Source: Phyllobates terribilis (lineage: Eukaryota). From it: a DNA stretch of 64,000 bases. Shown piece by piece: positions 10,909 through 27,200 of the stretch. The stretch is from the NCBI RefSeq assembly GCF_046119375.1, contig NW_027362773.1:110608001-110672000 (forward strand), written 5' to 3'. The notes beneath the pieces were generated by a model. It worked only from the letters and a program-made list of their open reading frames with translations. It did no database searches and was not told where the DNA came from. Each line of letters begins with the position of its first letter. Within the stretch, counting starts at the first letter, position 1. The position numbers and the translations under genes are program-made.

Positions 10909-11503
10909 TATATTACACAGTCCCTATATAATACACAACCCCTACATAATACAGCACTATACACTACACAATACCTATATCATACACAACACCTATATAT
11001 TGCACAGCTCCTATATAATACACAGATCCCTATAATACACAGCCCCTATACATAATACACAGCCCCTATATATAAAACACAGCTCCTATATATAATACAC
11101 ATCACATACAAATAATACACAGCCCCCATATAGAGCACACACCTCCTATATAATGCACATCCCCTAAATAATACACAGCTGTTATATACAATACACACAT
11201 CCTATATATAATACACAGCCACCTATATGCAACACACAGCCCCTATATAGTACACATCACTATATAATACACAGCCCCTAGATAATACACAGCTCATATA
11301 TACTACACAGCACCTATATAATACACAGCCCCTATATAATACACATCCCTACATATAATACACAGCACCTATATATAACACACAACTCCTCTATAATGCA
11401 CAACCCTTATAATACACAGCTTCTATATAATACACAGCCCCCTATATGTAATACACAGCTCTATACAACACACAGCCCTTAAATATAAAACACACAGCAC
11501 CTA
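10909..11503. repeat. TA-rich satellite segment
   Basis: Degenerate TATAATACACAGCCCC units. Confidence 0.9.
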
Positions 11504-13152
11504 CAGTTATATGAAAAAGTTTGGGCACCCCTATTAATCTTAAGCTTAATGTTTTATAAAAATTGGTGTTTTTGCAACAGCTATTTCAGTTTGATATATG
11601 TAATAACTGTTGGACACAGTAATGTTTCTGCCTTGAAATGAGGTTTATTGTACTAACAGAAAATGTGCAATCTGCATTCAAACAAAATTTGACAGGTGCA
11701 TAAGTATGGGCACCCTTATCATTTTCTTGTTTTAAATACTCCTACCTACTTTTTACTGACTTACTAAAGCACTTTTTTTGGTTTTGTAACCTCATTGAGC
11801 TTTGAACTTCATAGCCAGGTGTATGCAATCATGAGAAAAGCTACTTAAAGTGGCCGCTTGCAAGTTGTTCTCCTGTTTGAATCTCCTCTGAAGAGTGGCA
11901 TCATGGGCTCCTCAAAACAACTGTCAAATGATCTTAAAACAAAGATTATTCAACATAGTTGTTCAGGGGAAGGATACAAAAAGCTGTCTCAGAGATTTAA
12001 CCTGTCAGTTTCCACTGTGAGGAACATAGTAAGGAAATGTAAGAACACAGGGACAGTTCTTGTTAAGGCCAGAAGTGGCAGGCCAAGAAAAAACATCAGA
12101 AAGGCAGAGAAGAAGAATGGTGAGACCAGTCAAGGACAATCCTCAGACCACCTCCAGAGAGCTGCAGCATCAACTTGCTGCAGATGGTGTCACTGTGCAT
12201 CGGTCAACTATACAACGCACTTTGCACAAGGAGAAGCTGTATGGGAGAGTGATGCGAAAGAAGCCGTTTCTGCAAGCACGCCACAAACAGAGTCTGCTGA
12301 GGTATGCAAAAGCACATTTGGAGAAGCCAATTTCTTTTTGGAAAAAGGTCCTGTGGACTGATGAAACCAAGATTGAGTTGTTTGGTCATACAAAAAGGCG
12401 TTATGCATGGCGGCAAAAAAACACAGCATTCCAAGAAAAACACTTGCTACCCACAGTAAAATTTGGTGGAGGTTCCATCATGCTTTGGGGCTGTGTGGCC
12501 AATGCCGGCACCGGGAATCTTGTTAAAGTTGAGGGACGCATGGATTCCACTCAGTATCAGCAGATTCTTGACAATAATGTTCAAGAATCAGTGACAAAGT
12601 TGAAGTTACGCAGGGGATGGATCTTTCAGCAAGACAATGATCCAAAACACCGCTCCAAATCTACTCAGGCATTCATGCAGAGGAACAATTACAATGTTCT
12701 GGAATGGCCATCCCAGTCCCCAGACCTGAATATCATTGAACATCTGTGGGATCATTTGAAGAGGGCTGTCCATGCTCGGCGACCATCAAACTTACTGAAC
12801 TGGACTTGTTTTGTAAAGAGGAATGGTCAAAAATACCTTCATCCAGGATCCAGGAACTCATTAAAAGCTACAGGAAGCGACTAGAGGCTGTTATTTTTGC
12901 AAAAGGAGGATCTACTAAATATTAATGTCACTTTTCTTGTGAGGTGCCCATACTTATGCACCTGTCAAATTTTGTTTGAATGCAGATTGCACATTTTCTG
13001 TTAGTACAATAAACCTCATTTCAAGTCAGAAACATTACTGTGTCCAACAGTTATTACATATATCAAACAGAAATAGCTGTTGCAAAAACACCAATTCTTA
13101 TAAAACATTAAGCTTAGATTAATAGGGGTGCCCAAACTTTTTCATATAACTG
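11504..13152 (+). mobile_element. Tc1-like transposon B, full length (1649 bp) with long TIRs; transposase 11903-12925 has two frameshifts
   Basis: TA|CAGTTATATGAAAAAGTTTGGGCACCCC ... GGGGTGCCCAAACTTTTTCATATAACTG|TA; MGSSKQLSNDLK..., [23 protein letters not shown]. Confidence 0.96.
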
Positions 13153-13290
13153 TATATATAATACATAGTTCTATATATCACACACAGCCCATATATATAA
13201 TACACAGCTCTGATATATAATACAGCCCCTATACAATACATAGTCCTTATATAATACAGCCTCTATATATAATCACAGACCCTATATAAT
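13153..13290. repeat. TA-rich satellite segment
   Basis: Degenerate units. Confidence 0.8.
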
Positions 13291-13771
13291 AAATTCACCA
13301 AAAAAATACAACTACAATTTTATGTTTATTAGTATCATTAAAAATTCAATTGTAACTGACCCTCAAAAAACAAACAAAAAACACCAAAAATGGTTAAAAA
13401 GCTGTAAAGTATTCTCAGCCCAAAAAAAGATTCTCCTAAAGTGGGGAAGGGGGCAATGGTGGGAGTCAATTATCAGTGTAAGGGGACACAAGAGGGTAAT
13501 CACCATTCAATCCCCAAGATCAATGGGCCACCACTACTGTACCTGCTGAGTACAGGGGTGGTAAATAAAAAAATAGGAAATTAATGGGTACTCATTTCCT
13601 AACAGTCAGTTATCTTAATGGCCCAGATACTCAAGAGGATATCAATCATCAAACAATCAATAATACTGTATATAGATCTCAATCTGGCTGTAAATACAGA
13701 ACAAGTGTATGTGTATTAGTAACAAAAACGATTGCAGGGAATATTCCTGCATCTCTCTCCAAACCAGAAAA

Positions 13772-13920
13772 TACCATATTTTTCGGACTATAAGACACAC
13801 TGTATATATATGTGGGGTGTGGGGGGAGCGGTAGCGGTGGAGGAGAGGGGCACAGGAGGCAGCAGCCCCGCGCTGCAGCCTACACTGTCCCCGCTGCTAA
13901 AGAAAATGAATATTCACTGA
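13772..13920. mobile_element. Possible pogo/Tc2-type non-autonomous element terminus (fragment)
   Basis: TA|CCATATTTTTCGGACTATAAGAC resembles pogo/Tigger-like termini; no second end found. Confidence 0.4.
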
Positions 13921-13943
13921 TCCCCACGCCCCCGCTGCTCACC

Positions 13944-15385
<1,442 letters not shown>

Positions 15386-15394
15386 TCACAGCAA

Positions 15395-15844
15395 GCCCTA
15401 TATATAATACACAGCCCCTATATAATACACAGTTCCTATATATAATACACAGCCCATATATACAATACACAGTACCTGCATATAATACACAGCACTTATA
15501 TATAACACACAGCTCCTATATTATACACAGCTCATATATAATAGACAGCTCCTATATATAATACACAGCCTCTATATGTAATACACAGCTTCCTATATAT
15601 AACATGCAGCCCTGGATAAAATACACAGCCCCTATATAATAAATATTCTATATATCACACACAGCCCTTATAATACACATCCATATATTTAATACACAGC
15701 CCCTGGATATAATACACAACTCCTATATATAATACAACCCCTATATAATACACAATCTTATACAATACACAGATCCATATATATAATACACATCCCCTAT
15801 ATATAATACACAGATCTATATATAATATGCTGCCCCTATAGATA
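15395..15844. repeat. TA-rich satellite segment
   Basis: Degenerate units. Confidence 0.88.
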
Positions 15845-17464
<1,620 letters not shown>

Positions 17465-17833
17465 TAATACACAGCTACTATATATCACACAGCCCCTATA
17501 TATAATACACAGCTGCTATACAATACACAGATACCTATTTATAATACGCAGCTCCTATATATAATACACAATACCTACATACAATACACAGCACCTATAT
17601 AATACACAGCCCTATATAATAAAAAACCCCTACAAATAATACACAGCTCCCTATATAGTACACAGCCCTATATATAATGCACAGCCCTATATATAATACA
17701 CAGCCCTAAATATAATACACAGCTCCCTATATACAATACATACATATAATACCTATATGTAACAGACAGCCCCTATATATAATACACAGCCCCTATATAT
17801 AATACACAGCTCCCTATATACAATACATACATA
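17465..17833. repeat. TA-rich satellite segment
   Basis: Degenerate units. Confidence 0.88.
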
Positions 17834-19098
17834 CACTGCTCAAAAAAATAAAGGGAACACTCAAATAACACATCCTAGATCAGAATGAATTAAATATTCT
17901 CATTGAATACTTTGTTCTGTACAAATTTGAATATGCTGACAACAAAATCACATAAAAATCATCAATGGAAATCAAATTTATTAACCAATGGAAGCCTGGA
18001 TTTGGCGTCACCCCCAAAATTAAAGTGGAAAAACACACTACAGGCTGATCCAACTTTTTGACTTTTAAAACAAGCCAAAATGAGGCTCAGTATTGTGTGT
18101 GGCCTCCACGTGCCTGTATGACCTCCCTACAACGCCTGGGCATGCTCCTGATGAGGTTGCGGATGGTCTCCTGTGGGATCTCCTCCCAGACCTGGACTAA
18201 AGCATCCGCCAACTCCTGGACAGTCTGTGGTGCAACGTGACGTTGGTGGATGGAGCGAGACATGATGTCCCAGATGTGCTCAATCGGATTCAGGTCTGGG
18301 GATCGGGCGGGCCAGTCCATAGCTTCAATGCCTTCATCTTGCAGGAACTGCTGACACACTCCAGCCACATGAGGTCTGGCATTGTCCTGCATTAGGAGGA
18401 ACCCAGGGCCAACCGCACCAGCATATGGTCTCACAAGGGGTCTGAGGATCTCACCTCGGTACCTAATGGCAGTCAGGCTACCTCTGGTGAGCACATGGAG
18501 GGCTGTGCGGCCCTGCAAAGAAATGCCACAGAACACCAGGATTGGCAAAGTTGCCACTGGCGCCCTGTGCTCTTCACAGATGAAAGCAGGTTCACACTGA
18601 GCACATGTGACAGACGTGACAGAGTCCCCAGACCTGAATCCGATTGAGCACATCTGGGATATCATGTCTCGCTCCATCCACCAACGTCACGTTGCACCAC
18701 AGACTGACCAGGAGTTGGCGGATGCTTTAGTCCAGGTTTGGGAGGAGATCCCACAGGAGACCATCCGCAACCTCATCAGGAGCATGCTCAGGCGTTGTAG
18801 GGAGGTCATACAGGGACGTGAAGGCCACACACAATACTGAGCCTCATTTTGACTTGTTTTAAGGACATTACATCAAAGTTGGATCAGCCTGTAGTGTGTT
18901 TTTCCACTTTAATTTTGGGGGTGACTCCAAATCCAGGCCTCCATTGGTTAATAAATTTGATTTCCATTGATGATTTTTATGTGATTTTGTTGTCAGCACA
19001 TTCAACTTTGTACAGAACAAAGTTTTCAATGAGAATATTTCATTCATTCTGATCTAGGATGTGTTATTTGAGTGTTCCCTTTATTTTTTTGAGCAGTG
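17834..19098. mobile_element. Tc1-like element E: fold-back derivative with about 470-bp inverted arms
   Basis: TA|CACTGCTCAAAAAAATAAAGGGAACAC ... GTGTTCCCTTTATTTTTTTGAGCAGTG|TA. The transposase C-terminus (SPDLNPIEH...GGHTQY) is present on both strands. Confidence 0.93.
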
Positions 19099-22000
19099 TA
19101 TAATACCTATATATAACACACAGCCCCTATATATAACACACAGCCCCTATATAATACACAGCCCCTATATGTAACACAGCCCCTAAATAATACATACATA
19201 TAATACCTATATATAACACACAGCCCATACATATAACACACATCCTCTATATAATACACAGCCCCTATATATAACACCTCTGGATCAACTTTAGCAATTA
19301 CAGAACTAACAGGTCGAACTTGATGGACGCAAGTCTTTATTCGGCTTTACTAACTATGTAACTATGTAACACACAGTCCCTATATATAATACATACATAT
19401 AATACCTATATATAACACACAGCCCCTATATATAACACACAGCTCCCTATATACAATACATACATATAATACCTATATATAATACACAGCCCCTATATAT
19501 AACACACAGCCCCTATATATAACACACAGCCCCAGTATATAATACACAGCCCTATAAATAATACACAGCCCGTATATATCACACACAGCCCCTATATATC
19601 ACACAGCCCCTATATATAACACACAGCCCCTATATATCACACACAGCTCCCTATATATCACACACAGCCCCTATACATATATATATCACACAGCCCCTAT
19701 ATTATATATATATATATCACACAGCTCCCTATATATCACACACAGCCCCTATATCTCACACACAGCTCCCTATATATCACACACAGCTCCCTATATATAT
19801 ATATATCACACAGCTCCCTATATATCACACACAGCTCCCTATATATAACACACAGCCCCCTATATATAACACACAGCCCCCTATATATCACACACAGCTC
19901 CCTATATATAACACACAGCCCCTATATATCACACACAGCTCCCTATATATATATATATATCACACAGCTCCCTATATATCACACACAGCCCCTATATATA
20001 TCACACACAGCCCCTATATATATCACACACAGCCCCTATATATCACACACAGCTCCTATATATAACACACAGCCCCTATATATATATCACACACAGCCCC
20101 TATATATCACACACGGCCCCTATATATCACACATGACCCCTATATATATATCACACACAGCTCCCTATATATCACACACAGCTCCTATATATCACACACA
20201 GCTCCCTATATATCACACACAGCTCCCTATATATCACACACAGCCCCTATATATCACACACAGCCCCTATATATCACACACAGCCCCTATATATCACACA
20301 CAGCTCCCTATATATCACACACAGCCCCTATATATATCACACACAGCCCCTATATATATCACACACAGCCCCTATATATCACACACAGCTCCCTATATAT
20401 CACACACAGCTCCTATATATAACACACAGCCCCTATACATATATATATCACACAGCCCCTATATATATCACACACAGCCCCTATATATCACATACAGCCC
20501 CTATATATATATCACACACAGCCCCTATATATCACACACAGTCCCTATATATATATCACACACAGCCCCTATATATATCACACACAGCTCCCTATATATC
20601 ACACACAGCCCCTATATATATCACACAGCCCCTATATATATCACACACAGCCCCTATATATCACATACAGCCCCTATATATATCACACACAGCTCCTATA
20701 TATCACACACAGTCCCTATATATATCACACAGCCCCTATATATATATCACACACAGTCCCTATATATCACACACAGCCCCTATATATCACACACAGAACC
20801 TATATATATCACACAGCCCCTATATATATCACACACAGCCCCTATATATATCACACACAGCTCCCTATATATCACACACAGCCCCTATATATATCACATA
20901 CAGCCCCTATATATATCACACACAGCCCCTATATATCACATACAGCCCCTATATATCACATACAGCCCCTATATATATCACACACAGCCCCTATATATCA
21001 CACACAGCCCCTATATATATCACACACAGCCCCTATATATCACACACAGTCCCTATAAATCACACACAGCCCCTATATATATCACACACAGCCCCTATAT
21101 ATCACACACAGCTCCTATATATAACACACACAGCCCCTATATATCACACACAGCTCCTATATATATCACACACAGCTCCCTATATATCACACACAGTCCC
21201 TATAAATCACACACAGCCCCTATATATATATCACACACAGTCCCTATATATCACATACAGCCCCTATATATCACACACAGCCCCTATATATATCACACAC
21301 AGCCCCTATATATCACACACAGTCCCTATAAATCACACACAGCCCCTATATATATCACACACAGCCCCTATATATCACACACAGCTCCTATATATAACAC
21401 ACACAGCCCCTATATATCACACACAGCTCCTATATATATCACACACAGTCCCTATATATCACACACAGTCCCTATAAATCACACACAGTCCCTATAAATC
21501 ACACACAGCCCCTATATATATCACACACAGCTCCTATATATAACACACACAGCCCCTATATATCACACACAGCTCCTATATATATCACACACAGCTCCCT
21601 ATAAATCACACACAGCCCCTATATATATCACACACAGCCCCTATATATCACACACAGTCCCTATATATATCACACACAGCCCCTATATATATCACACACA
21701 GCCCCTATATATCACACACAGCTCCTATATATATCACACACAGCTCCCTATAAATCACACACAGCCCCTATATATATATCACACACAGTCCCTATATATA
21801 TCACACACAGCCCCTATATATCACATACAGCCCCTATATATCACACACAGCCCCTATATATATATCACACAGCCCCTATATATCACACACAGCCCCTATA
21901 TATCACATACAGCCCCTATATATATCACACACAGCTCCTATATATCACACACAGTCCCTATATATATCACACAGCCCCTATATATATATCACACACAGTC

Positions 22001-23053
22001 CCTATATATCACACACAGCCCCTATATATCACACACAGCCCCTATATATATCACACACAGCTCCCTATATATCACACACAGCCCCTATATATATCACATA
22101 CAGCCCCTATATATATCACACACAGCCCCTATATATCACATACAGCCCCTATATATCACATACAGCCCCTATATATATCACACACAGCCCCTATATATCA
22201 CACACAGCCCCTATATATATCACACACAGCCCCTATATATCACACACAGTCCCTATAAATCACACACAGCCCCTATATATATCACACACAGCCCCTATAT
22301 ATCACACACAGCTCCTATATATAACACACACAGCCCCTATATATCACACACAGCTCCTATATATATCACACACAGCTCCCTATATATCACACACAGTCCC
22401 TATAAATCACACACAGTCCCTATAAATCACACACAGCCCCTATATATATCACACACAGTCCCTATATATCACATACAGCCCCTATATATCACACACAGCC
22501 CCTATATATCACACACAGTCCCTATAAATCACACACAGCCCCTATATATATCACACACAGCCCCTATATATCACACACAGCTCCTATATATAACACACAC
22601 AGCCCCTATATATCACACACAGCTCCTATATATATCACACACAGTCCCTATATATCACACACAGTCCCTATAAATCACACACAGCCCCTATATATATCAC
22701 ACACAGCCCCTATATATCACACACAGCTCCTATATATAACACACACAGCCCCTATATATCACACACAGCTCCTATATATATCACACACAGCTCCCTATAA
22801 ATCACACACAGCCCCTATATATATCACACACAGCCCCTATATATCACACACAGTCCCTATATATATCACACACAGCCCCTATATATATCACACACAGCCC
22901 CTATATATATCACACACAGCCCCTATATATCACACACAGCTCCTATATATATCACACACAGCTCCCTATAAATCACACACAGCCCCTATATATATCACAC
23001 ACAGTCCCTATATATATCACACACAGCCCCTATATATCACATACAGCCCCTAT
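19099..23053. repeat. Large homogeneous satellite (TATATCACACACAGCCCC)n, 16-22 bp units, with a ~1.2-kb higher-order duplication
   Basis: Read directly. About 20825-21216 recurs essentially identically at +1200. Confidence 0.97.
19278..19370 (+). mobile_element. 5'-truncated CR1-type LINE 3' tail
   Basis: GGTCGAACTTGATGGACGCAAGTCTTTATTC followed by a (CTATGTAA)n tail, the typical amphibian CR1 3' end. Confidence 0.75.
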
Positions 23054-23500
23054 CTGACGCTGCTGAGTTATGGCCCCGCCCCTGTGTCAGTCAGTGGCCG
23101 CAGTCCAGTAGCAGCCCCTCCCCCTGCCGTCCTCTGCCTACAATCCCCGGCATGCCCTGCGCGCACAGACAGGAAGCCTGTCCCTCCCTCTTCATTGTGC
23201 AGTGCTTAAAGAAAGCGGAAGGAGGAGACGGAGAGGCTTCATTTCGGTGTGAGTCTGTCAGGCGGCTGCACGGTCTCTTTCTGTCATCTCCTGACGCTCC
23301 CGGCTGCCTTCCCCTTCCTGCCTCCGGCTCCCTCTTCGCCTCATCTAACCCACTAACCCGAGAATACACCATGGTGAGTAGAGCGCTCCGGGCGGGCGCC
23401 GCACACTGCCGAGGGTCTACGCCCCAGTGCAGCCGCTCCCTCATGCCGCCATCTTCTGCGACCCCCCCCCCCCCGTCCCCCCCCCCCCCCCCCCCCCCCC

Positions 23501-23542
<42 letters not shown>

Positions 23543-24250
23543 TCAATCGGGCATCTCGTCGTTAGGTGCTACTTTCCCTCAGCCGTTGTATAGGGAGGAA
23601 TGCGCCATAGCGCGGCTTGTCAAGGGAAGGGGCCGGTGTGAGGCGGGTGACCCGGCCGGTGTGTAGGCCTTGGTGGGGGGGAGAAAGTGCAGCGGGCGGC
23701 AGCCTGCTCTTACCGGTGACGTCTCGTGTAGTAACCGAGGCCGGCGGGAGGGGGCGCGCCCGGTGACGCGGTGTGCGGGGACGCGCGCTCTTGTCGAGGA
23801 GATGAAAGGGCGGGAACGGCGCGCGGCGGCCGCTGGGTGTGGCCTGGCGAATTAGAGCGATGGCCCCGCCCCCTGTGTATGGAGGAAGGGGCGGATTGGC
23901 TGAGACGCGCTCCTGCCTCGTACTCTGCTCCGTCCACCTCACAAGGCGCGGCCCCGGCCTGACACTGCGCGCCTCCGGGTGTCAGGGCCGCGTGCGCTGC
24001 CTTCCTTCCTGCCTTGTAGCAATGGAGGCGACTTCCCTTCACCCACAAGAGACGGTCATGGCGGCTCTACCGGCTGTCTAGAGGGGGGGCGGTCGCTTTT
24101 GTCACCGAGACGCCATTCCTGCAGTCTCAGAGCCGACGTCTGGTACTGACCGCGTGATGTGTGGCCGCTGACAGGGGCGGAGCCTGAGCTGTCAGCCCGA
24201 GCTGAGCACGTGACCCCGGGTCAGATACCCAGGGTGATGGCAGGACCAGG
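23054..24250. promoter_or_regulatory. CpG island covering the cofilin promoter, exon 1 and the start of intron 1
   Basis: Abrupt GC/CpG enrichment, GC boxes (GGCCCCGCCCC at about 23072), and it contains the ATG-only coding exon. Confidence 0.88.
23371..23373 (+). CDS. cfl1: Cofilin exon 1 (initiator Met only)
   Basis: ACACC-ATG|GTGAGT: Kozak-like context plus a consensus donor inside the CpG island; phase matches exon 2. Confidence 0.85.
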
Positions 24251-27200
24251 AGGGGACGTTTAACCCTTTTTTTTATTCTGCTCATTGTAAAAAAAAACAA
24301 AAAAAAAACATGCTGACTTTCCAGGTCGGTGCCAATCTTTATATTTTGAGACCTGTAACTTTGCAGGACTTGATACCATTTTTGATTTACCTGTATTCCT
24401 TGTTGGGCTGGGGGAGACAAAAAGCAGTAGTATGTTGTCTCCCACACCACCCCCCATCACCTCCTCGCTCCATACACCTGCAGCAGTCATGGGATGTACA
24501 ATGATCTCCTACACTAAAGGTGTAATGCAAGGAACTGGTGGCCAGTGGGACATCACCTGCTTAGAAGGGATGTCCAGGATTTAACAATTGAGCTAAATAG
24601 TAAGGGGTCCCTGGTGTTGTACCTGAAGCCATCAGCTGATATTCTGTAAGGTATAGGGGCAGAACCAGGGCTGCTCATTACTGCACTTGTCTCATTTAAA
24701 TGATTTGAAGATGAAGTGTAGGCACTGAGTAATGCACAGGACTGCAGATTCAAGCTAATTTAAGAGGGGGTACTAGACCCCCACCACTCTGGTATTGCTG
24801 AGTTCAGTTAGTTCTCAAACATCACTACCCCTTTAATGCTTCAAGGGACTGTCTGATCTGTAACGTTGCTTTCAGATCTTGTCCCAAGTTTATGTGCACA
24901 CATCTGCTGTATGGTATCTGTACAGTCAGTTGCTTAAAGAGGTTATCTGCTACTTTTACACTGATGGCCTATCCTTAGGATAGGTCATGAATGTCTGGTC
25001 TGGGTCTGACACCCAGCACCCCTGCCGATCGGCTTTAATCAGTGGCCAGAAGTACGTACTTGCTGGGCTGGCCGTCTACTTGTAGTGGCTGGGGCTTGTT
25101 TACTGCACATCCGCCTCCTATCGATTTGAATAGGAGGCTGATATGCAGTATCGAGTACTTTTGGCCACCAATAACAGCTGATCGGTGGGGGCGCTGGGTG
25201 TCAGACTCCAGACGATCAGACATTGATGACCTAGCCTAAGGGTAGGCCATCAATGTTAAAGTATTGGACAACCTCTTTAAAAGTTAATGTTTTTTATCTG
25301 GTAACTAGAAATGAGTGAATGGATTCTCTGGACCAGCTGCCATGTTGGTAGTCCATGTTCCACTTAATCAGTGCCTGGTGAACTGCTAACTAATCAGTGA
25401 ACCCCCCCCATGCATACTGATGGTTGTGGGGTTTGGCCAACACCTTAGTGTTCCCCTGATAGTCTGTGAAATGTAAGTTTTTGCAGCAAAAACTGCAATC
25501 CTTGTAATTATGCTGTTGTGAAGAGTTTTGTCTCTTCATACCTAGGAATAAACTTTCCTCATGTCTCTTCCACACAGCTATTGGCCAAATTGCTCAAGGT
25601 GTTTCTTTTATCTTAAAACATCTTGAAATGTCACAATTTATGCAAAACTCAAAGTTGTGTGCAGATTCTGACTTGAAATTTTTACCCCAGTCCTTGCCAG
25701 CTCTTAAGGTGGGTGAAGCTTGCCTGGCAAATTTCTCAAAATGAATGCCACTCTAGTGATGTGAATTGCACTGCAGTCCCTGACTGGAGTAATGTTTTTG
25801 GAGTTGTGCCTTACTCAAAACTGTGTAAAATGTCTTTAATGAATTGGGTCCTAAATTTCTACCTGTCAGAAAATCTTTTTGGCTATGATGGCAGATGAAT
25901 GTTGGCCTCTGCTTAAAGAGAAAGTATTGAGAACAGACCTCAGACTCAAAACTTTAGGCTATTTTTTTGTTGTGTAAAACCCTCATGAGTAACTATAAAA
26001 TCAGTACTCTGCAGTAAAAAAAATTCACTGTTAGTATATATGCCCTGCAGTGATGGTGCTATAGTCACATGGCTGCTGTAGCAAAGCGCTTCAGCTGTGA
26101 TGCTTACATGTAAGATCACTGATGTAGTATAGTGCCATTACTGTCAGACATGTGTATGACCATGAGCTGCAATACCACACACTGAGCAACTTTCCCTCAC
26201 AGGTTGACATAAAGCTGCCAGGTTTTTCTAACTCTAAACAACTAATTCCATCTGATATATAGGTTAGCTGGAAGAGACCGCATGGGTTCTGTTGGTGGTG
26301 ACCATGAATGATACACCTTCTCACTTATACTTGTGGCCCCAATTCATTAAAGCTTTAGTGCCAGAATTAGCACAAGGCTGCACTAAAACTGAGTTCTGGT
26401 GGTCTTGTGCAATTTTCACCCAGCTCTGACAAAGTGGGCAGAGGCATAGCTACCCCTGCTCATCACTCATAACTAGCTTTGGAGGCACACACTTCCTCAA
26501 GACCTCTGTGTAAAGTGCTGGCCTTGCTGAATCCAGTCCTTAATCTTCTGGTACTGGTTTTCTATGTTCCTTCTGCTATTTGGTTTTTTTTTTTCTTTTG
26601 GTAGTTGAGAATTGACTGGACTTGTAGCTTCCAGCTAAGGTGTATGGCCATTTTGTATATTCCAGACGGCTTTGATTCCCCCGATATACAAACTCTCAAC
26701 TTGGACGTGCATGCTTTTGTTTCCAGTGGGCAGAATGGAGTAATCTGCAGCCATACGTCTCTGGCTGCTACTCATCTTCCAAGGGGATGAAAATTGGGCC
26801 TTCAAATTCAATATGCCTGATTCGTTTCCAACCCTTGACAGCCTGTCTTGGGGATGCTCTGCCCCCATGCACACTAGATGGCTCAGCTGACTTGTATAGG
26901 GGGGTGCAAGATGGGCAGCATCCAATCCAGGGTCTTTTGATCAATAAAAGACATTATGTAAAAATACAATGTTTTGACCAATTAATGATCTATATCTAGA
27001 TATATTTCAACCTGTTGTAGGTCTTTATCACATGTTTTATTCTGTCATCATGTTAAGGCTGTGTGCCCACGATGCGTTTTTCATGCATTTCCACAGCGGA
27101 AACGCATCTAAAACGCATGGTGATCCGCACCCCATGGTCCCCAATGGCATTCAGCAATGTCAATGCACATGCTGTGGATTTTTCCGCAGCGTTTGTGCAG

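Noticed and set aside
20133-21497. 454-aa His/Ile/Tyr/Thr-rich ORF
   Set aside because: It is a translation of the TATATCACACACAGCCCC satellite and switches frame constantly with unit length.
23060-23070. ARE/Nrf2-like TGCTGAGTTA in the cofilin promoter, tempting given the Cys-rich protein
   Set aside because: It has a mismatch in the core TGAC and the motif is short, so it is not supportable without conservation data.
23091-23666. Poly-Gly and poly-Pro ORFs, and a possible divergent gene (for example mus81) from the CpG island
   Set aside because: They derive from the poly-C tract and GC-rich island; no MUS81-like or other recognisable motif in any listed frame.
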